Positions 17,268-28,400 of a stretch of DNA of 64,000 bases are shown piece by piece. The notes below the pieces were generated by a model. It was not told the origin of the DNA and searched no databases. It saw nothing but the letters and a program-made list of their open reading frames with translations. The position numbers and the translations under genes were made by a program. The number at the start of each line of letters is the position of its first letter. Position 1 is the stretch's first letter. Source of the DNA: Candidatus Magasanikbacteria bacterium RIFCSPHIGHO2_01_FULL_33_34 (GTDB lineage Bacteria; Patescibacteriota; Patescibacteriia; Magasanikbacterales; UBA922); the NCBI GenBank assembly GCA_001782825.1, contig MFPS01000006.1:3351-67350 (forward strand), read 5' to 3'.

Positions 17268-17978
17268 TTATCTTTCAACTTGAATTTTACTTATATCTCC
17301 TACTGGTTCTGAAAAAGCAATATCTGGATTATATGTAGAATAATAAAGTTCAATCAATGCTTGAGTATCAAGCTGAATTACATTAAGCCCCATAGATTGT
17401 AAGCCTGATGAAACATTTGCCACGCGTAAATCTATATCTTTTTTTCTTCTTTGAAATAATTCTTCTTTGAGTTTTACTGAAATTACAGGCTTCAATACTT
17501 CCTTAAATCTAGAAAAAAATGATTTTTTAGCATTGGATAGTGGATCATAAGTCACAATAATAAAAAACTTCTTTGTCATTATATCCCCCAACTCTACATA
17601 CTCTTTTATAAATGACTTGTAATCAGCTATCTGTACCTTAAGGAGTTCATTTGTTTGTTGATTTTCTTGTGCAGTCAATTGATCGATATAATTTTGTATT
17701 TGCATTTTTCTAGACTGAACTACAATTTGTAAAGGAAAATCTATTGAATTTAAAAATGTTACATACGAAGAAATCAAAGCTATTTGCTCTTCTTCAGATT
17801 TCAAAGCAAAATTAATACTTGATGTCATCAAAATAACTCGAAGGGTTCCATCCTTCAATATGACTACCCCATCTTTGATTTCAGCTATATTAAGATGCGC
17901 TTGAGTTGGTGGAGCTTTTGGTTTTTTTCTTTTTTTATTTTTTTCTGACATATTATTCATCTGCTTTATAATATCCAC
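17268..17978 (-). CDS. T4SS-associated protein carrying a VirB4 N-terminal-domain-like motif; start uncertain (listed start is GTG, and an in-frame ATG at 17951 removes the overlap with the upstream gene)
   Basis: AEIKDGVVILKDGTLRVILMTSSINFALKSEEEQ resembles the conserved KDG..L motif at the N-terminus of VirB4/TrbE/CagE-family proteins. The N-terminus is basic (KKRKKPK). Confidence 0.5.
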   Translation of the reverse strand: MDIIKQMNNMSEKNKKRKKPKAPPTQAHLNIAEIKDGVVILKDGTLRVILMTSSINFALKSEEEQIALISSYVTFLNSIDFPLQIVVQSRKMQIQNYIDQLTAQENQQTNELLKVQIADYKSFIKEYVELGDIMTKKFFIIVTYDPLSNAKKSFFSRFKEVLKPVISVKLKEELFQRRKKDIDLRVANVSSGLQSMGLNVIQLDTQALIELYYSTYNPDIAFSEPVGDISKIQVER

Positions 17979-18381
17979 CTGTATTAACCACCAAAGAAAG
18001 GTCTCTTATATGTTGTCGCTTTACAGCTTTTTTGACTACTGCCTGCACTACTTCAATATCAGAATCAAGTTTTCTCAGCATATTTAGCTCTTTTGATTCA
18101 TAACTTTTATGCCATATCCTAAGACTAGGCTTTCTAGTAGTTTGAATGATATTTAACAAAAAATAATGAAATGTCTGACCATTTACTTTTACAAAAGCAA
18201 ACAACAAACTCAAAGAACCAACTACTGCAAGTACAAGTATGAAAGTTCCCAAATCACCAAATCTGTATCCCAAAAATATTATTATGCATCCAACTAGCAT
18301 AATTATAAATTGTCTAATAGTAACCGGACCTAAAATCTTGTCTTCTACATCAATAAATTGTGGAACAGTAAATTGTTGCAT
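17953..18381 (-). CDS. small 2-TM protein, PrgI/VirB3-like
   Basis: 142 aa with two adjacent TM helices (IRQFIIMLVGCIIIFLGY / TFILVLAVVGSLSLLFAFV), placed directly upstream of VirB4 as in PrgI-PrgJ arrangements. Confidence 0.5.
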   Translation of the reverse strand: MQQFTVPQFIDVEDKILGPVTIRQFIIMLVGCIIIFLGYRFGDLGTFILVLAVVGSLSLLFAFVKVNGQTFHYFLLNIIQTTRKPSLRIWHKSYESKELNMLRKLDSDIEVVQAVVKKAVKRQHIRDLSLVVNTGGYYKADE

Positions 18382-18382
18382 G

Positions 18383-19378
18383 CTAATATAATGTCTTACT
18401 TAATTTTAAAACTGCCTTAAATTCATCTAGTTTCATATCAGAATCAGCCATAGAACCAGACAAAACTTCAGCTACAGGTATTCTATTTTTTAATGATTTT
18501 GAAATTATATCTTGATATTGTTTGTATATAGGACTATTATACCATGCTTCCACACCTTCCATAAACATCAAATATGAGTCCTCTTGCAGATACTCAAATT
18601 TCTCTTTGACTTTTGATATTGAATCTTCAGCATTTGTACCCAAACGTCTAAAATCTTCCAATGTAAAATTAAGCATCTCATCAACTGGTCCAACACTTTG
18701 CTTTTCTACCTTTGGTGGTTTAACATCTTGTAATAATGGTTTTGTATTAAGCGGTTGCATCTCAGGTATTACTCCAGACATTTTATTATTTGTTATTATT
18801 ATACCTCTATCTACATCGAGATTTTTTGTAAATTTAGGTTTATCAAATTGAAAATTTTTATTATCACCAATCTTATTTTTATAGCCTGCTTCATTAACAA
18901 AAACATCTTTCACTGGAGTAGTGCGTGCCAATATATGTTCTCCTTCTCTTACTAATACTGGTTTTTCTTGATGAAACTCATCATCAAGCAATGATTTGTG
19001 ATCATCCTTTTCCCATCTATTTATACCTGACAATGTACTTTTATCTTTAATATTTTCAACAACATTTTGTAAACTTTTACTTACGCCATCTTTATTTCCA
19101 TAACCAGATTCTACCTTAGTAGATTTATTTTCACTTTCCTTTCTTATCTTTATGATATCATCTCTCAATTTTTGCCTTATTTCATCAGCCTTTCTTTTCA
19201 ATTCTTCCTCTTTTAACTGATTTTCTTTGTCTTCTTCTTTTTTAACTGTATTTACAACATTACTTGCACCCAAAATTTGCGTACTACTACTAGTCTTCAT
19301 TTTTTTGAATTCATCTAAAGACATGCGAACACTCATGCCATTGGCTTTTTTAACTAAAATTGTTGGTTCATTATTCAT
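18383..19378 (-). CDS. hypothetical Lys/Glu-rich protein in the T4SS-like block; preferred start ATG at 19378 (GGGGA RBS, 1 nt after the upstream stop); a longer ORF runs to 19417
   Basis: ORF with no recognised domain. The upstream stop at 19380-19382 followed by ATG at 19376-19378 indicates translational coupling. Confidence 0.5.
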   Translation of the reverse strand: MNNEPTILVKKANGMSVRMSLDEFKKMKTSSSTQILGASNVVNTVKKEEDKENQLKEEELKRKADEIRQKLRDDIIKIRKESENKSTKVESGYGNKDGVSKSLQNVVENIKDKSTLSGINRWEKDDHKSLLDDEFHQEKPVLVREGEHILARTTPVKDVFVNEAGYKNKIGDNKNFQFDKPKFTKNLDVDRGIIITNNKMSGVIPEMQPLNTKPLLQDVKPPKVEKQSVGPVDEMLNFTLEDFRRLGTNAEDSISKVKEKFEYLQEDSYLMFMEGVEAWYNSPIYKQYQDIISKSLKNRIPVAEVLSGSMADSDMKLDEFKAVLKLSKTLY

Positions 19379-19379
19379 A

Positions 19380-20516
19380 TTATTTTCCCCATTTAAAATT
19401 ACCCATACTTTCATCATAATGAACCATATCTTCTCCAGGGTAATTATTTTTATTCAAAAATTCGTCAAGATTTACAATTGCCAAAGCAATTTCAATATTC
19501 TGCAGACCATTATTACCCAATTCTGTTTGTAATAATTTTTCTAATTCTTGCCTAGCCTTAACCTTATTTTCAAATGACTGTAACCATGTCAAAAGTGAGC
19601 GAAGTGCTTCTGGTTTATTAATCCAGATTGCAAAATTAGATTTGTTTTCAATTAATCTTTCACTAAATGGAATAATCACACTTGTCTGATCTTCTTTTTC
19701 CATATCAACTTCATCCAATAAATTAAAATTATCAAAATAAAATTTTAATATATTTGCTCCAATTTCCTTTTTTGCTTTGTCAGATAATTTATCTGCAATA
19801 TTATATTTAGCATTTTCAAAATAACCCAATAAATAATCATCTATTTTAGATTCACCAACAAAAAAGGAAAATCTATCAACAAATTTTTTTGACCTCAAAG
19901 CAACATCCTTTTTTAAATTTTCATTATCCAACACAATATCATAAAATAAAGCTTTTTGTGTATCTTCAAATACTTTATATGAAGAAACATTTGCGCCATC
20001 ATCTTTTTTATTCAATAATAATCTCAAATCTGAAACTTTTAATTTTTCTCCAATATCATTAAAGGCTATTGGGTAATCAATAGACAACATTTTATTTTTA
20101 ATCTTTTTATACAAATCTTCTGCCTGATCATAATTTTTAGAAGCAAACATTTCCAACAGCTTATCATCTATATCAATAAAGGCTGATGTAGCAAAAGGCA
20201 AAGTATAACTAACAAAATCTACCAAAATTTCAGCTTTCATACCCACCAACAAATTCCAGCCGATATCCACAAATAATGGCCAAAATGTATGAGAATATTT
20301 CCTCATTATATTCTCATCAAAATTATTTTCATGAAAAAAATCATACATCGCGACAAAAGCAATTTTTGGACTTAACTTTCCTGTACTTGAACTCAAATAA
20401 TAAGAATCTCGAATTTTTTTCATTTCATCTAGAGTTACCTCATGAGGTATCAAAATATCAAGATTTTCATCAGTAATAATATTCTGTTGATTGTCTACAA
20501 CCTTGTCTTCATTCAT
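19380..20516 (-). CDS. hypothetical protein (378 aa) in the T4SS-like block
   Basis: ORF with uniform coding bias and no recognisable motifs. Its start lies 20 bp downstream of the VirB6-like gene. Confidence 0.5.
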   Translation of the reverse strand: MNEDKVVDNQQNIITDENLDILIPHEVTLDEMKKIRDSYYLSSSTGKLSPKIAFVAMYDFFHENNFDENIMRKYSHTFWPLFVDIGWNLLVGMKAEILVDFVSYTLPFATSAFIDIDDKLLEMFASKNYDQAEDLYKKIKNKMLSIDYPIAFNDIGEKLKVSDLRLLLNKKDDGANVSSYKVFEDTQKALFYDIVLDNENLKKDVALRSKKFVDRFSFFVGESKIDDYLLGYFENAKYNIADKLSDKAKKEIGANILKFYFDNFNLLDEVDMEKEDQTSVIIPFSERLIENKSNFAIWINKPEALRSLLTWLQSFENKVKARQELEKLLQTELGNNGLQNIEIALAIVNLDEFLNKNNYPGEDMVHYDESMGNFKWGK

Positions 20517-20535
20517 ATAAAATATAAACTATATT

Positions 20536-23500
20536 TTAATTATTCTTTTTTCCAGAATTAGGTGAACCTGGTTTTTCCTCTGATTTTGCTTTCAATTCTT
20601 CTACATTTATTTCTATTACCACATCATCTGAAACAATTGTTCTTTTACCAACTGTTTGACCATTTAATTTTTCATTGGCAAATTCAGCTAATTCTACTAT
20701 GCTCGCTTTTTGCACATCCTCACCCTTTATTTTAGCCACACCCAGTTGTTCAAGTCCAGTTCGCCATGCTTCAATCGCTTGCCTTCTACCTATAGTATCT
20801 TTTGCATCTAATGCATTATACCTATTGGCAAACTGTTGCATCCAGAGTGCAAGGGTAGTTTTCATTTCATCTGCTACTTGAAATTCTTTTCCATCATAAG
20901 CGACATCTGATGTTGATCCAGTTGTAAGTCCATTAAATATAGTTTTTTCCATTTGCGCTATTTTTTCAGCTGTCATTTTACTAGCAATTGCCATTAATTC
21001 TTCATAGGCTTGTTCATGTTTTAATCTAACAGCTCTACCACCCTGTAAAACACTATATGCTCTACCGTCTTTTATGCCATATCTACTAAATGAAGGTCTG
21101 GCCATCATGTTTTCTTGATATTCTCGCCATGTACTACCATCTTGATATGTACCTGTACCCAAAACTTTACCTTTACCAGCTCCAGCTTTCATATTATTGG
21201 TCATACCAAATGCACGCCTACCAAACTCATCAACACCTTCAGAAACCTGCATATATGATTCAGTTGATGTTAAACTTCTTGATGCAGAATTTAAACCTTG
21301 ACCAAGCATTCTAAACAATCTAGAATCTTTTTCTTTAAACCTTTGATGCATTTCATCTTCTACTTCTTTAAATCCTGCATCATCTTTTACATCATCCCAT
21401 TTTCTACCAGTAATAATCGCTGCAATTACTCTACCAATATTTTCTGAAGTATTGACTTTTACATCAGCAAATGAACTATCCAAATCTGCTGATAAACCTG
21501 GTATAACACCAGAATATTCTTTAGCAAAAACAGCCATATCTCTACTTAAAGATTGAGACAATGATTCTCTTGCTTTTTTATCTGCAACCGTAAATCTATC
21601 ATTTGGATCTTTTTTATCTTCTTTTTCATTTAATTTCTGAAGTTGCTTATATCTTTTTTGTATATCCCTTTCTAATTGCTCATACTCACGTTTATTATCC
21701 TCAAACTCTTGAAAAGCCTGTTTTTCTTCCCACATCCTCAATCTATCGGTTGATTTGCCTTCTATACCTCTAAAAACATCCGCCAATCTAGCCTTTTCTT
21801 TTTCATATTCAGTAATAAATTTTCTACCCCTAGTACCAGCTTTATATGATTCATACTCACCGCCCAACATAGCCACATTATCATATACACCATCTCTTTC
21901 ATAAGCTTCTGATCTTTCTTTGTCATCTATAGAGTCAACAATATATTTATCTACAACTTTTTCCTTAGTATCTGGGAAACTTTCCATAATTTTATGTACT
22001 TTCTGTTCTTTTTCTGTTACTGCTGTAGAATTTTTTGCCCAATCAATACCATACTTTTCTATCATCTCTTTATCAATTTTACTTATTTTTTCCTTTCTTA
22101 CTTTCTCAAGTATTTCATCTGCTTGGTTTGATGTTTTTATTTCACTTGTCTCTTTTTTATTTTTATTTATTTTTTCCTTTGTCTCAGCTCTTTTCATTTG
22201 CTCAGCAATTTTAGCATTTTTATCTATAACATCTAAACTTTCCCATGTACCATCACCCTCTTTATCATTCATAGCTTTCCTCAATCCACTCTCTATATCA
22301 TCCATAAGTTCTGCCATCAACTGATCAGCTTTAATTTGTCGCGCATAATCTATATAAGCTTCTTCCTGATCTGCTGATGTCATCCCTGCTTTCTTTTTAC
22401 TTACCAATTTTTTATTAGAAGCTACCATTTTATCTTCAACTTCTTTTTGTTCTAATTTTAAATAACTATGTTTAAACATGCCCTGAATTTCATCCATTCT
22501 GGCTTTTGCAGAACCCCTCTCTTCTTCTGCATACATACCTCCTAAAATTGTTGAAATCAAACGAGTACCAGAAGCTGCTTCTCTATCAATTTCTCTCTTT
22601 TTGGCTTTATACTCTTTGAGAGCCTCCTGTTTTGGTGCTGCTGCAGTAGACATACTTGACAATGAGCTTCTCATACCTGCCAAAGCTTCTTCTCTTTCCT
22701 TGTCAGTTCTAGCTGTTGTAAATGAAGCCAATGAACTTTGCAAACCTAATTCTGGTGTTTGTTCTATTTTTTCAATCATCTTACGAGCCTCAATACCCTT
22801 ACCACTTCTAACCAAATCTTGTACTTTTTTATATTTACGAATAATTTTTGGACTAACTGTTTTGTCTTTTTCCATTTTGTCAATTGCAGACGCTATTCTT
22901 TCTTCTTCATAATTTTCTTTTTCCATTTTTGCACGCATTATACCTTCTGATTCCAATCCTTCAATTATACTATTTGCTGTCATAAGATCATCATTATTAA
23001 CAGCCTTTTCTAATTCTTTGTACTTAGTATAATTTATATCTTTCTTTGGTTCTAATTCTTGAACAGCAGAAATAGCAACTTCTTTTGACTCTTCTTTATC
23101 TAAAGTAGCACCTATATCTAACAAAGCTTTATCTGCTTCATCCTTATCTGCATTAAAAATACTTTTTTGTAAATTTTCTCTTAATTTCAATTTACCAGCA
23201 TCTTTTGGTAAACTTATTTTTGATAACGCACTATTAGCTTCTGCCCAATCACCACTTTCTATTGCTTTTACTACCTTGTCATACTCATCACTCTCTCTAG
23301 CTTTAATTGCATTACGAATAGCTTCGCGTATAGGAGCAGTATCTTCTGCCTCAACACCATGGTCACGTTCTAATTCATCCAAACTTTTTTCAGCTACACT
23401 AAATTTACCCGCTTTTACAAGATCAACTACATTAGTTACGGCTTCTCTTTTGCTATCTTGTGTAGCATCTCCAATAATATCCAAAATTTGTTTTTTATCA

Positions 23501-25449
23501 TCCACTTCAGTTAAATCTGTATTACCTATTACTCTCTTCAAATCAGCAATAACTCCAATTTGCTCATCTGATTCAGCTGCTTTAATTTTCATATCAAGTT
23601 CTCCCATTTCAATTCTAGCTTTTTCATCTCCAGAAATTGCACCAGCAATTTCTTGATGAACGGACATAATAGGACTTTTCTTTTTAATAACTTCTACTGC
23701 TTTTGTTATTTCTTCTCCATCACCACTATCAATAGCCTTCTGAAGTTGTCCATAATCAAATCTATCATCCATTTCTTTTTCAATATCTTTCCACGCGCCC
23801 TCATAATCAGTATAATTACCAGCTGTAATTGCTTTTTGCAAATTATCAAAAAGTTCATTGTTTCCACCAGCATCTTTTAATGCTGTACTAATATCAATTC
23901 CTACCATTGCTTTAATTTTTTCGATATGATTCTTTGAATCTGTTTCCATATCTTCTCTATAAAAAGCTTTTGTAGCAGAATCCTTTAATCTTTGTTTTTT
24001 TGCTGATTTTCTTTGCTCTGCTAATTCTGTAGATGCTAATTGTCGTCCTAATTTTTCATCAGATGCACCCCAAAAACCAGCCCCTTGAGTTGCTGAAATT
24101 TCTTTTCCTTTAGCCTCTTTCAATTCATCAAGTCTAGACAACGCATTCCTTCGTCTTTGTGGTATATTCATAAATTGGCCCAATCTACTTTTTGGATCCA
24201 TTCTTTTTTCATGTAATTTATCTGATATACCAGTCTTACTATACGCCAATCTGGCTGTACCCTTAGCATAACCACCAACACCCTTTAATGCACGATCACC
24301 CTTTTCTAAACCTTTATCAACCAACCACCTACCAGCAGCATAACCAGATGCAATGGTAGCAGCTTTCTTTGTGAAATCCATTGCCTTACTTGTAAGACCA
24401 CCACCCACTACACCCATTCTGCCCACCATTTGAATGCCAACAATAAAAAAACCAAGCGCAATAAAATAACTTGCCAAACTTTCCCATGTACTAGCTGCGC
24501 TAGCCGATATACTAGGATCACCACTTGTACTTCCAGCTTGTGTTAACTTACTCACCTGAAGATTAATATCACTAGCAATATTAGCTGATTGCAGAGATGC
24601 AAAAGCTAACCAAGTAAAAAATACCATGACAGGACCAACCATCGCATAATTAAAAAAATTTTTCCAAAATTCACTAGAATAACCCTTTCCAAAAGGAAAA
24701 GCAGACAAAACAAAGGCCAATGGAGACAAAATCATCAACATCCACAATACTATCATTCTACCAATCATCACTATCAAATAGGCCCCCATCGTCAACATTA
24801 CCAGTAATGCCATTATAAATGAAACTACCGCCCCTATAAATAAATCAAATCTCAAACTACTGTTACTAATATCTCTATTACGTGTCATTTCAAGCAAAGT
24901 ATCAAACCTAAAAATATTTATCAAATTACCACCTGATTGCCCCTTGAAAGCCACCAAAAAAGTATCCATCAATATCTGCGCAAAATCAAGCACCAACTGC
25001 AAAATAAGTTTACTAAAATTAATGAATATGGCAGCGAATATCAATTTGACCAATGATTTTTTCCACTCATATTGTTCTACACCCAAAACTGTGCCAATCG
25101 CTATCACCATAAGAGCCACAATGAAAAACATATTGGCAAAATCCCTGATCATCACCCACCCAATAGTAACCGGTGGCGCATTCATAAAATCATTGTAAGC
25201 TGCGAGCTCAATAAAATATTCCCAACTCCACAGTGTAACATCCATACACAATCGAGCCAACCAAAATAATATTTGAGATACTACAGATATTAATCCATTT
25301 ATAATATCATTCAAAAATTCACCAGCATGAACAGAAACAAATGTTACAGACAAACCAACAGACACAAACAATACGAAAAATAAAGCCATCGTTTTTTGAT
25401 TTCTCTTTATTTTCCAAAAATTCTTAAATTTTAAGGCTATATTTTTCAT
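20536..25449 (-). CDS. VirB6/TrbL-like polytopic membrane protein with a hydrophilic charged/coiled-coil C-terminal extension of about 1250 aa
   Basis: The first 350 aa or so carry at least 7 predicted TM helices (e.g. IGWVMIRDFANMFFIVALMVIAIGTVL, IGAVVSFIMALLVMLTMGAYLIVMIGRMIVLWMLMILSPLAFVLSAF). The remainder is E/K/D/A-rich with no TM segments. The giant gene stop lies 10 bp upstream. Confidence 0.6.
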   Translation of the reverse strand: MKNIALKFKNFWKIKRNQKTMALFFVLFVSVGLSVTFVSVHAGEFLNDIINGLISVVSQILFWLARLCMDVTLWSWEYFIELAAYNDFMNAPPVTIGWVMIRDFANMFFIVALMVIAIGTVLGVEQYEWKKSLVKLIFAAIFINFSKLILQLVLDFAQILMDTFLVAFKGQSGGNLINIFRFDTLLEMTRNRDISNSSLRFDLFIGAVVSFIMALLVMLTMGAYLIVMIGRMIVLWMLMILSPLAFVLSAFPFGKGYSSEFWKNFFNYAMVGPVMVFFTWLAFASLQSANIASDINLQVSKLTQAGSTSGDPSISASAASTWESLASYFIALGFFIVGIQMVGRMGVVGGGLTSKAMDFTKKAATIASGYAAGRWLVDKGLEKGDRALKGVGGYAKGTARLAYSKTGISDKLHEKRMDPKSRLGQFMNIPQRRRNALSRLDELKEAKGKEISATQGAGFWGASDEKLGRQLASTELAEQRKSAKKQRLKDSATKAFYREDMETDSKNHIEKIKAMVGIDISTALKDAGGNNELFDNLQKAITAGNYTDYEGAWKDIEKEMDDRFDYGQLQKAIDSGDGEEITKAVEVIKKKSPIMSVHQEIAGAISGDEKARIEMGELDMKIKAAESDEQIGVIADLKRVIGNTDLTEVDDKKQILDIIGDATQDSKREAVTNVVDLVKAGKFSVAEKSLDELERDHGVEAEDTAPIREAIRNAIKARESDEYDKVVKAIESGDWAEANSALSKISLPKDAGKLKLRENLQKSIFNADKDEADKALLDIGATLDKEESKEVAISAVQELEPKKDINYTKYKELEKAVNNDDLMTANSIIEGLESEGIMRAKMEKENYEEERIASAIDKMEKDKTVSPKIIRKYKKVQDLVRSGKGIEARKMIEKIEQTPELGLQSSLASFTTARTDKEREEALAGMRSSLSSMSTAAAPKQEALKEYKAKKREIDREAASGTRLISTILGGMYAEEERGSAKARMDEIQGMFKHSYLKLEQKEVEDKMVASNKKLVSKKKAGMTSADQEEAYIDYARQIKADQLMAELMDDIESGLRKAMNDKEGDGTWESLDVIDKNAKIAEQMKRAETKEKINKNKKETSEIKTSNQADEILEKVRKEKISKIDKEMIEKYGIDWAKNSTAVTEKEQKVHKIMESFPDTKEKVVDKYIVDSIDDKERSEAYERDGVYDNVAMLGGEYESYKAGTRGRKFITEYEKEKARLADVFRGIEGKSTDRLRMWEEKQAFQEFEDNKREYEQLERDIQKRYKQLQKLNEKEDKKDPNDRFTVADKKARESLSQSLSRDMAVFAKEYSGVIPGLSADLDSSFADVKVNTSENIGRVIAAIITGRKWDDVKDDAGFKEVEDEMHQRFKEKDSRLFRMLGQGLNSASRSLTSTESYMQVSEGVDEFGRRAFGMTNNMKAGAGKGKVLGTGTYQDGSTWREYQENMMARPSFSRYGIKDGRAYSVLQGGRAVRLKHEQAYEELMAIASKMTAEKIAQMEKTIFNGLTTGSTSDVAYDGKEFQVADEMKTTLALWMQQFANRYNALDAKDTIGRRQAIEAWRTGLEQLGVAKIKGEDVQKASIVELAEFANEKLNGQTVGKRTIVSDDVVIEINVEELKAKSEEKPGSPNSGKKNN

Positions 25450-25458
25450 TTTTTGATA

Positions 25459-28400
25459 CTAAAATTCTTCTGAAGGTATAATGATTATATTACCTCTATA
25501 AGTTGTCCACGGAGTTGGTACTACACCTAATATTGGTGGTACACTACCAACATCTCTCCAAGCACACTCAGTTGCCACATCACCTGAATAACAAAATGGT
25601 CCGCCAGCTTCAGGATTTGCAGGATCGTCCGGACACCAACCATTACAATAACCCCAATTATCCAATACTTGTACACGTGGTTTAAACTGACACAAAGTAT
25701 AATCTACATCATTGGAGCTCAAATTTATCTGATCTGCAATATCTACTGACAAATTATAATTTGTAACTTCATTCAATATGATACTTTGTACATCAGAATC
25801 CAATGAACCAAATGTAATATGCGCATCAATCATAGTAGCTGTACATCTATAAGCATGTTCAAATTCAAATGGTTCAATCGTACAAGCCCGAGGTGCATTA
25901 CCAAATCTTGGCATAGCATATGTTTCAAGATCTGTTCCACCCAAAGCAAGTAACTCTTGTGTTGACATACAATCTGGATTGGTAAGCAATGGATCATCAC
26001 CAGCTTCAATAATAGACAATGGTTCAACCACATTGAAATTTTCTGGACAATCACTATCTTCTTCACAAGTAATACTAGAAGGTATATGTTTACCCTGAAA
26101 ATTCATTTTACATACAGGAACAACTTCATCTCCATTTCCACCATTTGCACAAAATGGTTTACTATTTTTGTATAAGCCTAATTTATTTTCATTGGTTATT
26201 GTACTACCATCCCCCCAATCTACAGAAACTTTCCTAATAGGCATACGATTGTCATCAGCATGCGCAAAAAATTTGACATTGGCAGTATAAGTATCAACTG
26301 AAGCTATATCAGAAGCTGCTGACCTCTCAACACTACTTATTTGACCATCATTATTATAATCTTTTAGCTCTCCAGTCGCCAAACCAACGGAAAAACTGTT
26401 ATATTCAGCCACTGTACAATCAGCCCCTTCATTCACATCATCATCTTCAGAACAAAATACTGGATTCAATGAATAAACTGCTGGTTGAGTAAGATATTCT
26501 GTAAATGAATACTCTGGAATAGGCTCACAAAATTCACAAGGCTGATGTGCTGGACGCCTTATAATAGTTTGTGCTCCATAAATTGTATTACTACGATCTA
26601 GATCAGCTAGAGGTAAAACAGCGTCAACATATTGTAATCCAGGATTTGCTCCTGCTTCATCCAAATTAACTACCCTAAATTGTTTCACAAATAACTCAAA
26701 TAATGCATCATGTGCATACCATGGCATAAGATAATAAACTGGATCATACACTTGCATACGTCCAATAGTTGATACTACACGACTGCCATTATATTCCTGA
26801 CCAACAGTTTGTCTAAATGCAAAAGTATTTCTATAAATAGTTGACTCATACGGCGCGAAAGGACAACTTCTTATATATAAATTAAGTGGTACAGATCTAA
26901 CTAAAGCATCGGCATATGACAGATTGCAAGAATATGGTATACCATCTACAAATGGATCTTGAAAACTGAAGTTCAATAACGTAGTATTATCAAGGTCACT
27001 AAGAAAATCAGCCGAAAGTCCCAATGATCCATAAGGTGCAAGTATATTATTTCTACTTACCAAAGGATATGATGATGTATCATCTGTACCAAAAGATTCT
27101 TGATCAATCGTTGCATCACGAGCAAAAGGATGAGCAAATGGCGTACCATCAATATTTCTAGCCAAAGACCAAACTCTATTTGTCCAAGCTTTATTGATAG
27201 TTCTAGCTGTACCAAAAGCTGATCTGTCATATACCTGTACTATTTCTCTACATTGAGTAGCTAAATCAGCAAATACAGCAAAACCTATACCTGATCCAAG
27301 TGATGCATTTTCATTATGAGTTAAAACATTATCAGCTGTATAACCATTACACCATTTTGTGGTATACCCAAGAAATTCTCCATTCTCTCCAAAATTAACT
27401 GATACTGCCCACCATGGATTATAATGTGCATTCTCTTCATTATCATTACTATAACCACCTCCAACATAACCCCTTTGGCAATCTGTTTGGAATGGATCAT
27501 TGACTGCAGATTGTGGTACAAAAGGCTCTGGTTGTCCTTCTGATAATATACCATTCATAAACATTGGTGCAACAGTCCTATAACCAAAAGGATCACTGGA
27601 ATCATACTTTAAGGCACCAGAAGTTTGATTTGCAAAAAACACTAAAATATATTTCTTTACTACATCTGGCTCATCCGGATAAAACAAAGAAGACTGATCC
27701 GAATTATTACGATCAAGAACATATCTCCACATCAATAAATGATTTTGTGAAAAGGATACAGGATCAGTTTTGCTAAATGTCATTGGATCACCATAATAAA
27801 TTGAAGTTTTATTTCTCAAAGAGAAATTTACTATATAATAGCCATAACCACTATTATTAAAATAGTCACTATCTGTATAATAATCACTATCTTTTCTAAT
27901 AACAACACCAGAAAACGGTACAATTGAACCATTAATATTCCCATCATTACTAGCTAAAGCTTTGATTGGCAAACGCAATACTTCATTATCCCATCTTTCT
28001 GTCCAATTGGACATATTTGGATCACCTAAATCAAGAATTGTCCTAGGAACAGCCCCGCGCAAAGTTCCTTTATAAACAGTTGGGATAAAGTAAAAATCAT
28101 TTACAGAATATTCATTAATAAAATTATCAGCTGTATTAAAATTATAAAGCCCACCATACTCACTAGTATCATTTACAACACCATCGTCATCAGTATCCAA
28201 ATCAACTGGATGAGTACGCCTATCAAAACCACCATTTTGAATTTCATATATATCAACACCTGGATTACCCCCAACCCATGGTGCAAATCGCCAAGGTGCC
28301 GTAGTACCATTTAAATCAAGGTCTTTATTTGGGTTATATTCCACTCGCAATGGTATAGCATTATTACCTATTCTATTCCAAGCATATGAAGTAAATAATT

